A DNA stretch of 64,000 bases from assembly GCF_024521635.1 (NCBI RefSeq), contig NW_026250412.1:248001-312000 (forward strand). The letters are read 5' to 3'. Both the position numbers and the translations under genes were made by a program. Of this stretch, positions 15,165 through 26,397 are shown piece after piece. This DNA comes from Tricharina praecox. Taxonomy: Eukaryota. The notes under the pieces are model-generated. The model saw nothing but the letters and a program-made list of their open reading frames with translations. It was not told where the DNA came from and searched no databases. Position 1 is the stretch's first letter. Each line of letters opens with the position of its first letter.

Positions 15165-15518
15165 GATGAGAGGGGAGGGGAAGAAGGAGGGAGGGAGGGG
15201 CGCTGAAGACTCCAAATTGGCGGCGGCGGAGATGAACACCGCAACAGCCGTGGATTCTCAGCACTTTCTTCCCATCGATTCCTCATGGAGACCCGGAGTG
15301 CCGATGCCAGCCAGCAGAATTGTCAGTGGAGAGGGAAGGGAGGGGAAGGAGGAGGGACGGAGGGAGGGAGGGGTGCTGAACAGTGAAGACTCCAAATTGG
15401 CGGCGGCAGAGATGAACACCGTAGCAGCTGTGGATTCTCAGCACTTCCTTTCCATCGATTCCTCGTAGACTTCGGAGCACCGATGCCAGCCAGAAGGATG
15501 GCCAGTGGGGAGGGGAGG
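15165..15518. repeat. Tandem segmental duplication, 180-bp period, 2 diverged copies
   Basis: TGAAGACTCCAAATTGGCGGCGGC starts at both 15204 and 15384. Similarity continues through GTGGATTCTCAGCACTT..CCATCGATTCCTC..CCGATGCCAGCCAG. Confidence 0.9.
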
Positions 15519-15764
15519 ACCACAACCGTGCAAACAACTCGCGGACGGACAAAGACCTTCCCTTCGTTCCGCCGTATCAGAGTCCTGCCTCGCCCGCGTA
15601 ACAGCACTGAATCCGTGAGGGAACCGGTGGAGGAATGGCTCCAATGATGGGACACCGTCATTTTTCTATTATTTTCGGAAGCGTTCATTGATGATCGCCA
15701 TGTCCTTCAGTGTCTGCGTCACGAACTCCATTCCATGTCCCAGGTGAAAGCACCCGACACTCCT

Positions 15765-15955
15765 ACGAAGCACAGAAGTCCCGTGAACCTCTGGCTCTGA
15801 GGGAGGAACCTCCCTGATCCCGGCCACTCTTACGAAGGACAGAAGTCCCATAAACCTTTAAGAAACAAACCTCTCTGACCTCGGCCACTCTTACATACGA
15901 AAGACAAAAGTCCCGTGAACCTCTGAGGGAGGATCTTCTCTGATCTCGACCACCC
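15765..15955. repeat. Three diverged ~66-bp tandem units
   Basis: The anchor A(G/A)AAGTCCC(G/A)T(G/A)AACCT occurs at 15774, 15841 and 15906. Each copy is followed by ...CTGA..TC/CCG(G/A)CCAC. Confidence 0.8.
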
Positions 15956-16149
15956 TATGGACTCTGATCGAACCCTGCGCCGCCTCCCCTCTTGCCGCCG
16001 AAGGAATTCACCCCTCATCCCCAATCCGCATCAACTCCCCACCACCACCACCTCGACCACCACCTCGACCGCCTCGACCACCACCTCCATACCTCCATAC
16101 CGTCAACTCCTCATCCTCCTACTCCTCCTACCTCCACAGTTACCACCAC

Positions 16150-16180
<31 letters not shown>

Positions 16181-17685
16181 TGTGTGTGTGTGTTTGTGAG
16201 AGCCACGAAGGTAAGAGCCAGACAGCAAGAGAGAAAGAGAGAGAGAACCGCACGGCGCCATCCTACATACCAACCACCCCAACTCCGGGCCCACCCCCGG
16301 TTCACCCTCTCGCCGCATTCTCCGGTTCACTCTACGCGAGATTCTTCCAATACATACTTCCTTACCTACGCACTTACCCATCCTCCCCGCACCTTCGCCG
16401 CCATCTTACTTACCCCCTCCACCCCCCTCCCAGATCAATCTATACACCTTTCCCTTGTCTATCTATTGTCTGTTGGTTTGGCGACAACCACTGCGTGATT
16501 GGACACCTATTCTCCGATATTTCAGCGGCTACCACTACCGTCCTGCTACAGTACCTTCGGCTCGAGCATCCAAGCCCTCCTCCTCCTCCTCCTCCTCCTC
16601 CTCCTCCTCCTCTTGCGCGTGTGTTAGTGACCCTCCCTCCTCCTCCTCCTGTCTCCTCGGTATCGTATTTTACCTTCCTCCACCAAGTGTCAAATCTCGA
16701 GGGCGCTGGCTCTTATGTCATGCTCCTGGGGGGTTACGGGTTTGAGCCGAGTTTCGTCGCTTGCCCCCGACCCTCAAGCGCACAGCGCCGCTTCACTTTT
16801 CCCGCGTCGTCTGTGCCGTGATTATGCTGCCCGCATGGAGTGGCTCCGCATGGGGTTCGCATTATTCTGGCATCGATCGTGACTGATTTTAAGATGGGCG
16901 TTCAGTGATTCGATAAACCCTTTCTCCGACGTTACTGTGCTCTCGGCCTCTACGGCGCACGTCTGACGTACCTGGAGCGCGCGCGCCCAACCCAGCGACA
17001 GGATACGCCTACCCGAGTAGTGCAATCCTAATCCACCGACGGCTCTCAGCACGTACAACTGTGTGAGCGCAGTTTGGAGAAAGACGAACCGAAGGAAAGA
17101 AGGAAAGAAATAAGAAGGAAAGAAGGAAAGAAAGAAAGAAGAAGAATAAGAAGAAAAGCCAAGGACGTCGCTCGTGGGGGGGAGGGGCTTGATCATCTCG
17201 ACTTTCGCGACAACGACCACTTAGGTATTTTTAATTCCAGGCTAGGTACTGGACTTCGAGAGGCCAGAGTTAAGAGCTCTTGTTCGTTCGTTGATCGCAA
17301 CCGGACAACGAGACCCAGACGCTGGACGTTGTTGCTTTTTTTTTATTGTTTTTTAGGGTGTCAGGAATACACGACGAGGTTTCGAAATAGCAGCACCATT
17401 TCCTCCTTTCCGGCCGGTTGGTTGCTTCTCCGAGAATCGTTGAAATCGTATTCGGAAGTCTGTTCTTTTTTGGGTACCGAGACCTTTATCCCCCTCATAT
17501 AAGCTCAAAGTTCTGTTTCGCGTGGCCAGCTAGGCCAACGCTGAAGGAGAGGGGGGAGCGAACTGGAACATGGACGGTATTGGAGGTGTATTTGAAGCAT
17601 TTTGACTGACCGACTTACCGGTCTAGATGGTGGCGCTGTAGCATCTGCTCTACTCTATATCCACCCATCCACACCTCGCGCGAAG

Positions 17686-17752
17686 AGCGAAAGCCGAAAG
17701 TCGAAAATCGAAAGTCGAAAATCGAAAATCGAAGAGCGAAAAGCGAAAAGCA
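17686..17752. repeat. Degenerate heptamer array (CGAAARN)n upstream of the MAPK phosphatase
   Basis: gcgaaagccgaaagtcgaaaatcgaaagtcgaaaatcgaaaatcgaagagcgaaaagcgaaaagc. Confidence 0.75.
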
Positions 17753-18753
17753 GTCCCTTCTTGGATCGGGCTGATTCTTCTAATTATTGCGCACTCCGGA
17801 TCGATAGCGATAGCGAGGCAGAGGCAGTGGTCACTGGTAGGTGCGACTTTGGTTGTGAGTGGTGGGCTCTATTTTTCGACTCGGTGAGTGTTTACCGCGT
17901 ACCGCTGCGAAGTCCCTGGTCGGTCCTATTTCGGGACTGACAAGGGTGCCTCAGTTCCAGATTGGAGGCTTATGCTGATGGCGCTCCGCCGCAGACTTCA
18001 ACCCTTGCGACACGCCCAATAGTCGCTTCGAAGGCGTCTTCATTCGCTCCGTCCGACAACAACCTGCACCGTGTGTGTGGTTCATCGAAAGGCTGTAACG
18101 ACTAATCTACTCTGCCTGCAAGTTTGTGCCTTCTTCTCCATTGCTCTTGCCGACCCGCACCACGCCGGAGAAGACGACGACAACCCGCACGCATACCGCA
18201 TACCGCACACCGTGCTTACTTACGTAGGTTGTGGTGGTTGTTCAACTCAAACCCAAACACCCTTCCCAACAACAACAACCATCACCATCGAGGCGGGTGA
18301 TTCCCGACATACTGCCCACCATCCACTTCCCCCTTTCCGCCTTCTGCCTGTGAGTACGCAAGCTGCCACAGTTCCGTCTCCGCATCGACAGTCATCAATC
18401 TGCATATCGCCAAATACACTCCCACACACACCTACCCATCCCCGGACTACTGCTCGATCTTCAACATCGCGCGTGGCGGGCGGATCTCTTCTCAGACAAC
18501 GCTCCTGCACCGAAGCAACACCTGTGACTTGACCCGCTCACTTTGTTAAAAGAGGATCATCGGTACCACCCCTTTCCTCACCCCCCCAGCTGACCCTTGC
18601 TCGGCTTGCGCAACGTCGTGCTCCCTCCCACCATACCTTGCGCGTCCGCCTACCCACCACCCCCAGTCTTATTCCCTTTCAAGACATCTTTCCCTTCTCT
18701 CCTCCAACTTCAACTCTCTCTCTCTCCTGTCCCGAGAACACTCACCCGTCGCT

Positions 18754-21207
18754 ATGGCGTCTGTAACAAAGACTGACACTCATTCGCTGAAGAGAACTTA
18801 CACACTCGTTGCTTCCAGTCCTTCGTCGCCGTCCGACTCACACGACAGAATCCCACCACTCAAGGTCGCTGTTCTTAGCTCGCCTGCGATCGACGCCGAC
18901 AATCGCATGTCATTATCGCTGAAGCGTCGCTATCCGTTCTGTAAAACGCAAGCGAGCCCGACCGGTCCCGCCAACAAGTCGGCAGTACCAGCTTTTGTTT
19001 CCATCTTCGATACCGATATGTCAGGTTGCTCGCCCGTCAACGAAACGAACCAATTCGCTTCATATTCCGAACCAGCTTCTCCCGGTCCGCGATTCTCACT
19101 AAAGCACCCTCCCACCCACAAATCACACAGCAGCGTGTCCACATCGGCTTCTTCTTCCAGCAACTCATCCCCAACAACAACTATTTCGACCGACGAATCG
19201 ACAGCGTCCCTGGACGACAAGACCACACCAGATTCATCCCCAGATTCTCCGGATTGTTTGATGGCTCTGCCGTCATTTAGGTCTGGGAGAGGTCTACCGA
19301 ACGGCCTTTCGATAATACCCCCCAGTCCCGGATTGGAGGGACCAAGTCCGCTCTCACCGAGCAAGAAACCCCGAAACACAAAAAACCTCTCGCTCAACGT
19401 GCCACCTTCGCCCGGCATGTCTCAGATGGGGCATGATGGTCCCTCCAACGCCTCTACACCGAAGTCGATGTCGGCACCACCGTCACCGGCATTCATCGTG
19501 CCTCCTCCCCCGCAGAACCCCCGGCGGAGACCTAGCCACCTCGGCCTAACCATCAAGCTCCCGGGAACATTAGATACGAAACCCACCGGACTGCGCCACC
19601 ACCAATCTTCTCCTTCTCTGTTTTCTCCCAGCACCGGAAGAGGACCCCTGGGTGGAATGGCGGGTGGAATGGCGATCCCGGCATCTCCCAATCCCGCCCA
19701 GATGAGTTTCCAGTTCAAACAGCGGGAACGACCCGTATTCAACAACCGGTGGGCATCGGAAACACAAGCTTCTTCCGGATCGTCGTCCGCAACGACGAAC
19801 TCGCCTCCAAGGTCGCCTGAGGTATTACACGAGATGGAAGAGGAAGACGAGCCTCCCCGATCCGGGGAAGCCAAGTCACCAGCATATCCCCAAGGACCCT
19901 CGCTGATCTTCGAGCCGAACATCTATCTTTACTCGGAGCCTAACGCTGAACTCGCTTCGGAATTCGATCTGGTCATCAATGTCGCACGAGAAGTTCTCAA
20001 CCCGTTCAAGGCGGCAGCTACCCAAAGAGGATCGGCAGACATTCCCGTTCCCGACACCGCATGCACAGAATCCAGCTTCCAGACGGCTTTCGAAGAAGCT
20101 ATGTTTTCGCCCATCTGCCGCCCGGAGACACCGAAACAAAGGAAGGAACCCGAATACGTGCACATGCCGTGGGACCACAACACCCCCATATTGGCCGATC
20201 TTCCGGCTTTGGTGGAGTTGATCAACGAGCGGACGAACCAAGGAAAAAAGGTGCTGGTGCACTGCCAATGTGGTGTCAGTCGGTCAGCTACCCTGCTCAT
20301 CGCCTACTCCATGTTCAAGAACCCGGAAAAGTCGATGCAGGATGCGTACAGTGCCGTCAAGGCGAAGAGCAAGTGGATCGGACCAAACATGAGTTTGATC
20401 TATCAATTGACGGACTGGAAAAAAATGATTTCGAACGAAGGGCCGAAATTGGTAGGTGGATTCGGAGGAAGGAGGGGTCCACAGACGGCAGGATTGCAGG
20501 GCCCTGGAAATATGAGTCTGGGACGTGGAAGGGGGATGGAGGACGGCTCTGAGTTTCCGGAGCCACAAACGGCACCTCTGCCACACAGAAGGACATCACC
20601 CATGATGTCCCCGGCCGAGTTGTCTCCGGAGGGCCAGCGGCCGCAGGTGGTAAGGACGAGATCGGAGACGGGCGGGTTCGATTCGGGGCCATCTTCGGCC
20701 CCCCCAGGCATAGGCAGCGTTCCAGGTTCCACCACATCGTCCCAGAACAGGCAGTCGTGGCCCGATGGCGATGCAAAGCTTTATTGCCCGCCGTCGGTGG
20801 AGCCATCACCACGGCTACAGCCCTCGCCGCAGCCCTCACCGCAGCCCTCACCACAGCTTCAACAACACGTTCCTTGGCCGGCAACGAGTGAGTATCCGCC
20901 TCCGGAACCCACACGGATGCCGCCACCACCACCACCCCAGGCCTCTCAGCCTCGCCCCAATCCCTCGAGCTCGTACTCGCTCGAAAAATCGACTCTCCGC
21001 ATGCCAGGGCAGTTTGACAGCGAAATGGATGACAACACAGCTCCTCCATCCCCGCAGTTGACGAGCCCGAGGAACAGCGGTTTCTACGCCACAGTGCCGA
21101 ACCGCAGGATGTCGCCGTGGGCTGGATTCTTTTCGGATCCCCGGAGTCCCACAGAACGGAGCGGAACGACAACGCCAGTGATCCGGAATATCTTCGATGT
21201 CCTATAG
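18754..21207 (+). CDS. MSG5: Dual-specificity MAP kinase phosphatase (Msg5/Pmp1 family), 817 aa, intronless
   Basis: Catalytic signature VHCQCGVSRS (HCX5R, ~20257-20286). Also AYPQGPSLIFEPNIYLYSEP, HMPWDHN, IGPNMSLIYQL and the docking motif RNTKNLSL, with long S/P-rich flanks. Several ATGs make the exact start uncertain. Confidence 0.9.
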   Translation: MASVTKTDTHSLKRTYTLVASSPSSPSDSHDRIPPLKVAVLSSPAIDADNRMSLSLKRRYPFCKTQASPTGPANKSAVPAFVSIFDTDMSGCSPVNETNQFASYSEPASPGPRFSLKHPPTHKSHSSVSTSASSSSNSSPTTTISTDESTASLDDKTTPDSSPDSPDCLMALPSFRSGRGLPNGLSIIPPSPGLEGPSPLSPSKKPRNTKNLSLNVPPSPGMSQMGHDGPSNASTPKSMSAPPSPAFIVPPPPQNPRRRPSHLGLTIKLPGTLDTKPTGLRHHQSSPSLFSPSTGRGPLGGMAGGMAIPASPNPAQMSFQFKQRERPVFNNRWASETQASSGSSSATTNSPPRSPEVLHEMEEEDEPPRSGEAKSPAYPQGPSLIFEPNIYLYSEPNAELASEFDLVINVAREVLNPFKAAATQRGSADIPVPDTACTESSFQTAFEEAMFSPICRPETPKQRKEPEYVHMPWDHNTPILADLPALVELINERTNQGKKVLVHCQCGVSRSATLLIAYSMFKNPEKSMQDAYSAVKAKSKWIGPNMSLIYQLTDWKKMISNEGPKLVGGFGGRRGPQTAGLQGPGNMSLGRGRGMEDGSEFPEPQTAPLPHRRTSPMMSPAELSPEGQRPQVVRTRSETGGFDSGPSSAPPGIGSVPGSTTSSQNRQSWPDGDAKLYCPPSVEPSPRLQPSPQPSPQPSPQLQQHVPWPATSEYPPPEPTRMPPPPPPQASQPRPNPSSSYSLEKSTLRMPGQFDSEMDDNTAPPSPQLTSPRNSGFYATVPNRRMSPWAGFFSDPRSPTERSGTTTPVIRNIFDVL

Positions 21208-23180
21208 CAATTACTGTGGGGGCGGTCAAACGACGAGGCAGCCCAGAATGATAGGCGGAAGCGAGTGTCGTTTCACGAATCGATCCCAACACAGGACAGC
21301 CGATGAATGCAGCAAATATATGAGTCTTCGCACTTGCGAGCGTTGGAGTTTAGGGGGGACGGCATCGGACGACAACCGGATGCTTTGGAGCGGCCTTTTT
21401 CTTTTTCTTTTTCTTGCGTTTCTTTTGTTGTTTTCCTTTGTTTGGGGAGAGTTCAAAATTTGTTTGTTCATATACTCTCGTTTGGGCTCATAGCGGATTC
21501 TCTGGGTTATCATTTGGTGGGGGGAGCGCAGGACGGGATATGATGGTAGGCTTCGGAGGATGGGGAACTGGGGGACACTGGGGGGATCGGAGGAAACTTG
21601 GGAATAAGGGGATGGGGGGTTGGGGATGGGGGATGGGGGAATTGCTTGAGGAAACTACTAGGGGGCGTGATAATCGGGGTTTGCTTTTCTTACAGTCGTT
21701 TGCACTCATCACCATTGCACGGATGTTTGTCTCATTTTTTCATTTTTTCATTTTTTGCTGATCTTTTCTGCCTCTTGCTGCGCTTTTGTTGCTATTTGGC
21801 GTCCTGTCCTGTCCATCCACTACTTTACATCTCCTTATTTGTCTTTCTTTTCTTTCTATTTCTAGGATGGTTTTCGGTTCTGCGCATCATACCCTCCTCC
21901 TCTTGCTCTTCATCTTCCTCTTTCCTCTTTCCTCTTCTTCTCCTAGTATCTTCTTGTTTTGAATTCAAGGGTCTGTTTATATATCATCTATCGAAGATCT
22001 TCTGTGAAGATCTTTTTTTCACTTCACTTCACTTTTTTCTCATCTTTTTTCTTTTCTGTTCTATCTTTCATTTGTCCCTTTTATTTGAGCATAGGGAGGG
22101 AGGGTACAGCTTAGGTAGAAGAGCGGTGCGTATGGCCCGGGAGAGAAGGGGTGGGGTGGGGGTATTTTATCTTTACTTTATTACCTTACCTACTTGTTCA
22201 TTCGTTTCGGCGGTGATGCGGTGATGCCGAATGAAGTACGGCGTGTGTGTGTGTGTGTGTGTGTTTGTCTTGATGGCTTGATAGTTTGAGCTTTGGACAG
22301 TTTGATAGGAGGTAGTTACGGTGGATATGAACGGGTTCCTCTATATTGTCTCGACGCAGGGTTTCTAGGTCACGGGTGATATTAGATGGCTACGAAATCG
22401 GTCGGCCGCGGGACGGGGAGGGGGCGGAGTGCTGGTGTCGGTGGAGCTGACTGGATGGCTGTGTAAAGCTCCACATGGTCGTCTCCACAAGGCGGGCGGA
22501 AGTTGGATTACGCACGCGCGGCCTGACTATTAGCCTGACTATGATGGTAGCGGCCGGTTCCGCACCGTTCCACAGCCCACAGCTATCGATCTGACGGACG
22601 GTCGGACGCGAAGGCTGCGGCAGTGCTGGGCGCGGGGTATTCGTTGTTTGGCGTTCGCTGCGGGTTCGCTGCGGATCGGATGGGGCGCTCACGCCACACG
22701 CCTCACTCTGCACGCATGGTCACTCGCTGAGTGATGCCGCGAAGGCGGGTGTGCTGTGCGGCGCGGGTGGAGTATTCTGTGTATGTGTGTGTGGTGGCTT
22801 TTCCTCCCGTCCCCCTGCGGTCCTGCTCGAGGCAACTCGAGCTAGCTACCACTCTATTCCTCGGTTCACGTACTTGAGTGCCGTGGTGGGATGGAGGTGG
22901 GATGGAGGTGGGATGGAGATGGAGGCGGACATGGCCCGCGATGGTTGGTAACGGTTGGTACACACCGGTACATACGCTTCCCTGGTGGCACCGTGGCGGT
23001 CGAGTATTGGAACTGTGGACCGTGGAAGTTGGTGTCTGAGGTCTCGATCTTGACTACTTATACTAGAGAACTGGAGTATACCTCACCCAGCCACGATTAC
23101 CTCGACGGCTCTTGCTAGTCGCTCAGTCACGGGTGAATATATGAGCCGTGCACGCCTAGTCGTTTATACCTACTGCTGGA

Positions 23181-23201
23181 GGGGGGGGGGGGGGGGGGGG
23201 G
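23181..23201. repeat. Poly-G tract (21 nt)
   Basis: Seen directly. Confidence 0.9.
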
Positions 23202-23407
23202 TGCTCGGAGGTATGAAGCGGCATGGAAATCTTACGGTGCAGCGATGAGTTTGGGAACTCGAATGATACGAATAGTTATATGGCACACCGAGTGTGATGT
23301 GTGATTCTGCACTGTTCCTATTTCCCATCCTTCTTCCGTTCTTGACGACCTGAGGCCCGTATTCATTGCCTCATGCTACTATTCAACACGAGTACACATA
23401 ACCCCCC

Positions 23408-24328
23408 CTACTTCTGCTCCGGCACAATCCAGCCCCTCGCCTTCTTCTCCTCCTCCTCCGCCCTAGCCTTATCCTTAATCAACTCCTTGATCTTACTCGG
23501 CACAGGGACATCACCGCCCTTCCTAAACGCCTCCCTCTTCTCCAGCGTCTCCTCCCACCTCTTCAGACTCGGGAAATCCTCAATCTCCACACCCGCCCAC
23601 CCCGCGCTGCGAACCCACCCATACGTAGTGATATCGGCAATAGTGAGCCGGTCGCCAACGAGAAACCCGGACTTGCTGGCTGCGAGCCGCGTCTCGAGGA
23701 CGCTGTACAGCCGCCGCGTCTCCGCCTGGTAACGTGCAATCCCGTACGGGATCTTTTCCGGCGCGTACCGGAAGAAGTGGTTTGCCTGGCCCTGCATCGG
23801 GCCGACGCCGGCGTTCTGGAAAAACCTGTTTTTCCACACATCAGCACCCCCCCTCCCCTTCCCCGCCCCCCGTCCGGGTTAGACTTACAACCACTGCACA
23901 ACCTCCCAATACTCATCCGTCCCATGCGGATAGCTAATCCTCCTCTCGGTATCATACGTATCAACGAGATACTGCAGTATAGCGCCGCTCTCGAAGACGT
24001 TGCGCGCGCCGTCGGTGATCGCCGGGATCCGCCCGTTAGGGTTGATCGCTAGGAACCACGGCTCCTTCTGCGTGTTCGCCGACATGTCGATGGCGACTGT
24101 CTTGTACGGCAGCCCGAGCTCCTCCAACAGGATTGAGACCTTGATGCCGTTAGGCGTTTGCGCTGTGTACAGCGTGATGTCGGGGGTGGACATGGCGGCG
24201 GTGGTGGAGGGGAAGGGGGTGGGGGTGCGGGTTTGGGTGCTGGTGATGAAAGGGCGGAGGTGCTGCGACAAAAGCGTGAGTCGTGGGAGTCGTGGAAGGG
24301 CAGAGGTAATACCGCGGAGTATGGGCAT
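23408..24328 (-). CDS. Glutathione S-transferase, Ure2p/GstA(YfcG)-like; 240 aa from ATG 24193 or 285 aa from ATG 24328
   Basis: Motifs ITLYTAQTPNGIKVSILLEELGLPY, QKEPWFLAINPNGRIPAI, FESGAILQYL and FLVGDRLTIADI. Intron 23888..23826 (GTAAGT..GCTGAT..CAG) joins QW(L)FFQNAGVGPMQGQ. Confidence 0.95.
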
Positions 24329-24941
24329 TGAGTTCTGTGGGATGCGGGGGGCGATGGTGGGGATATATAGCCGTTCCCATCCCATCCCGCCTCATCCCGC
24401 CCCGAGCTCAAGCAGGGCGGGGGCGGGGCGGGATGGGCACTACTGGGCACGTCATTGGCGTGCGTGCTTGCGCGCTGGACGGATCGTTGGCGTGCTCGAC
24501 GGATTGCTTGATAATCCGAAATGTCCCAATGTCCCAAAGTAGGAGTGAACAACCCCCAGCGTGGACGATCTCATGTATGTACTCTACATACTCCACATAC
24601 TCCACATACCTGTTATGGAAATATCTGATTTCCAACCAACGGACGAACGTTGCTACGGACGGCGGATAGCTGGGTAATCATCAAATTATACAATACATGC
24701 GAGCACCGCGGAACCGACGGCGGTCGCGCATACATACTTGGTAGAGGCCCGGTCGTGCCGATTGTGCCGGTCGGTCGTGCAACGATATCATAACATCACG
24801 ACATCACGAGATATAGGTATACCGGTATATATATACCACTACAAAACCACAACCACCGTCGGGATATCACGGTCCACGAGGTGTACTACGATAGCCGTTG
24901 CGAAACGATGTACAGGCGGCCCATGTGGTTGAATTAAAGAT

Positions 24942-24983
24942 TGCGGACTGCGGACTGCGGACTGCGGACTGCGGACTGCGGAT
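24942..24983. repeat. (TGCGGAC)x6 heptamer array upstream of the GST
   Basis: Five perfect units plus one TGCGGAT. Confidence 0.9.
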
Positions 24984-26397
24984 TGCCAATTGCGGGGTAG
25001 AGTACCGTACCGGCACCGGTACGGTAAACCACGCTTGCTTGCGTGCTTGCGGATTTAGATTATTCCGTTGAAGCTCCGTTGCAAAACGGCGCCGCAGGCC
25101 ACACCTATATATCCGCCGAACATCCGCCGAACAACGTTTATATAGGAATCAAAGACCGAATGACAGCAAACAGCGGGATGGCGGGGAGTCCTTTGCCGTC
25201 CCCGCCCTCTGGTTCCTACACAACCGGCCGGCTCGCAGGTCAGGTGCTGTCGATCCCACCTTACCTGCCTTAGGTTCCTACTTCCTCGGCTATCGTCCGC
25301 AAGTACCGGTAAGTACGGTAGTCTTCAGACGATCGGTCCGAGCATACATAGGTACATACTGCCGTCATTCGGATCTACACTTGTTGGTACAGCCGTCAAA
25401 GATGACGAATGTTCGCTTCCCACCTGAAATCATCATAGAAACGCCCAAAATTCTTTTCGAATAACTAATGCAAAAACATTTATCCCCCCACCACCAGTTT
25501 CACCAAAAAAAGGAAATATACGCTCCTATGATACACATACAAATCAATCGTAAGATAGTTAGAAAGGAAAGGAAAAGGAAAGGAAAAACGTAAACCCATC
25601 ATCCACCACCCTGCTCGTGATGTGCGTCAAGTCAAATCGATCGACAAAAAAAAAGAAGCCAGACACTCGCACACCTGTAACCCACCCCTCCTCCCTCCTC
25701 CTCCCCGCCCAATAAATCCCACCCGAACACAAAAAAAAAACGCAGCCAGACCGGACTTCAGACGCAGAAGCAGAATAACTCGTCCAAAGCCAGTGGAGCC
25801 AATACTCGCCGCAACGAATAACACCAACAACAGCACGGGATTAAACGCCGAACAAAAACTCCGTGGCTCCCTCCTCCTGCTCCGTCCGTCCTCCGGCCGT
25901 GTCCGTGTCCAGAGTATCCATCCCATCCATCCATCCCATATAACTACCCGTAATACTCCAACACTCCAATACTCAATACCGCAATACCGCAATACCACAA
26001 TACCTCAACACCCACAAACCCCAACCCCACCCCCACCCACCCTCCTCCCGATTCAGATCGCGGCCGGCCCGAAACAACAAACAGGAATACCCCCCACACA
26101 GACAGACAGAATCGAACCAAAAATACAAGAAAAACTTTCCTTTTAAAACTCCGTTCAGCAAGAAAAAGGAAACGAAAAAAACAAAAAAACCAACAGCAAG
26201 CAAGCGACCCAGAGACCACCCAAAAATACAGTGATTGCGCCATTCCCCAAGTCAAAAAAAAATAGATCAAAAAAAAGATAGGGAAACAAGAAAAAAGAAA
26301 GAAAGAAAAAACAAACAAAACAAACCCCTTCTACTCCTCTCATAGCCGTAAGGTAAGGGTCAACCGTGACCGTAATGCATACATGAAGAAAAAAAAA

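Noticed and set aside
14212..15286. Lys/Glu-rich and Phe/Ser-rich ORFs
   Set aside because: Translations of purine/pyrimidine simple repeats with no domain or splice support.
15765..15955. CRISPR-like repeat/spacer appearance
   Set aside because: Eukaryotic context, the intervening parts are similar to each other, and there are no cas genes; it is a tandem repeat.
15992..16821. His/Pro-rich plus-strand ORFs (168 and 213 aa)
   Set aside because: Driven by (CCA)n, (GA)n, (GT)n and (CCT)n repeats. No recognisable protein, although transcription is not excluded.
21598..22224. 208-aa hydrophobic ORF resembling a membrane protein
   Set aside because: T-rich 3' UTR of the phosphatase with a non-ATG start; composition artefact.
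24329..24385. Further upstream in-frame ATG for the GST (24385)
   Set aside because: It lies upstream of the TATATA element, so it is probably not transcribed.
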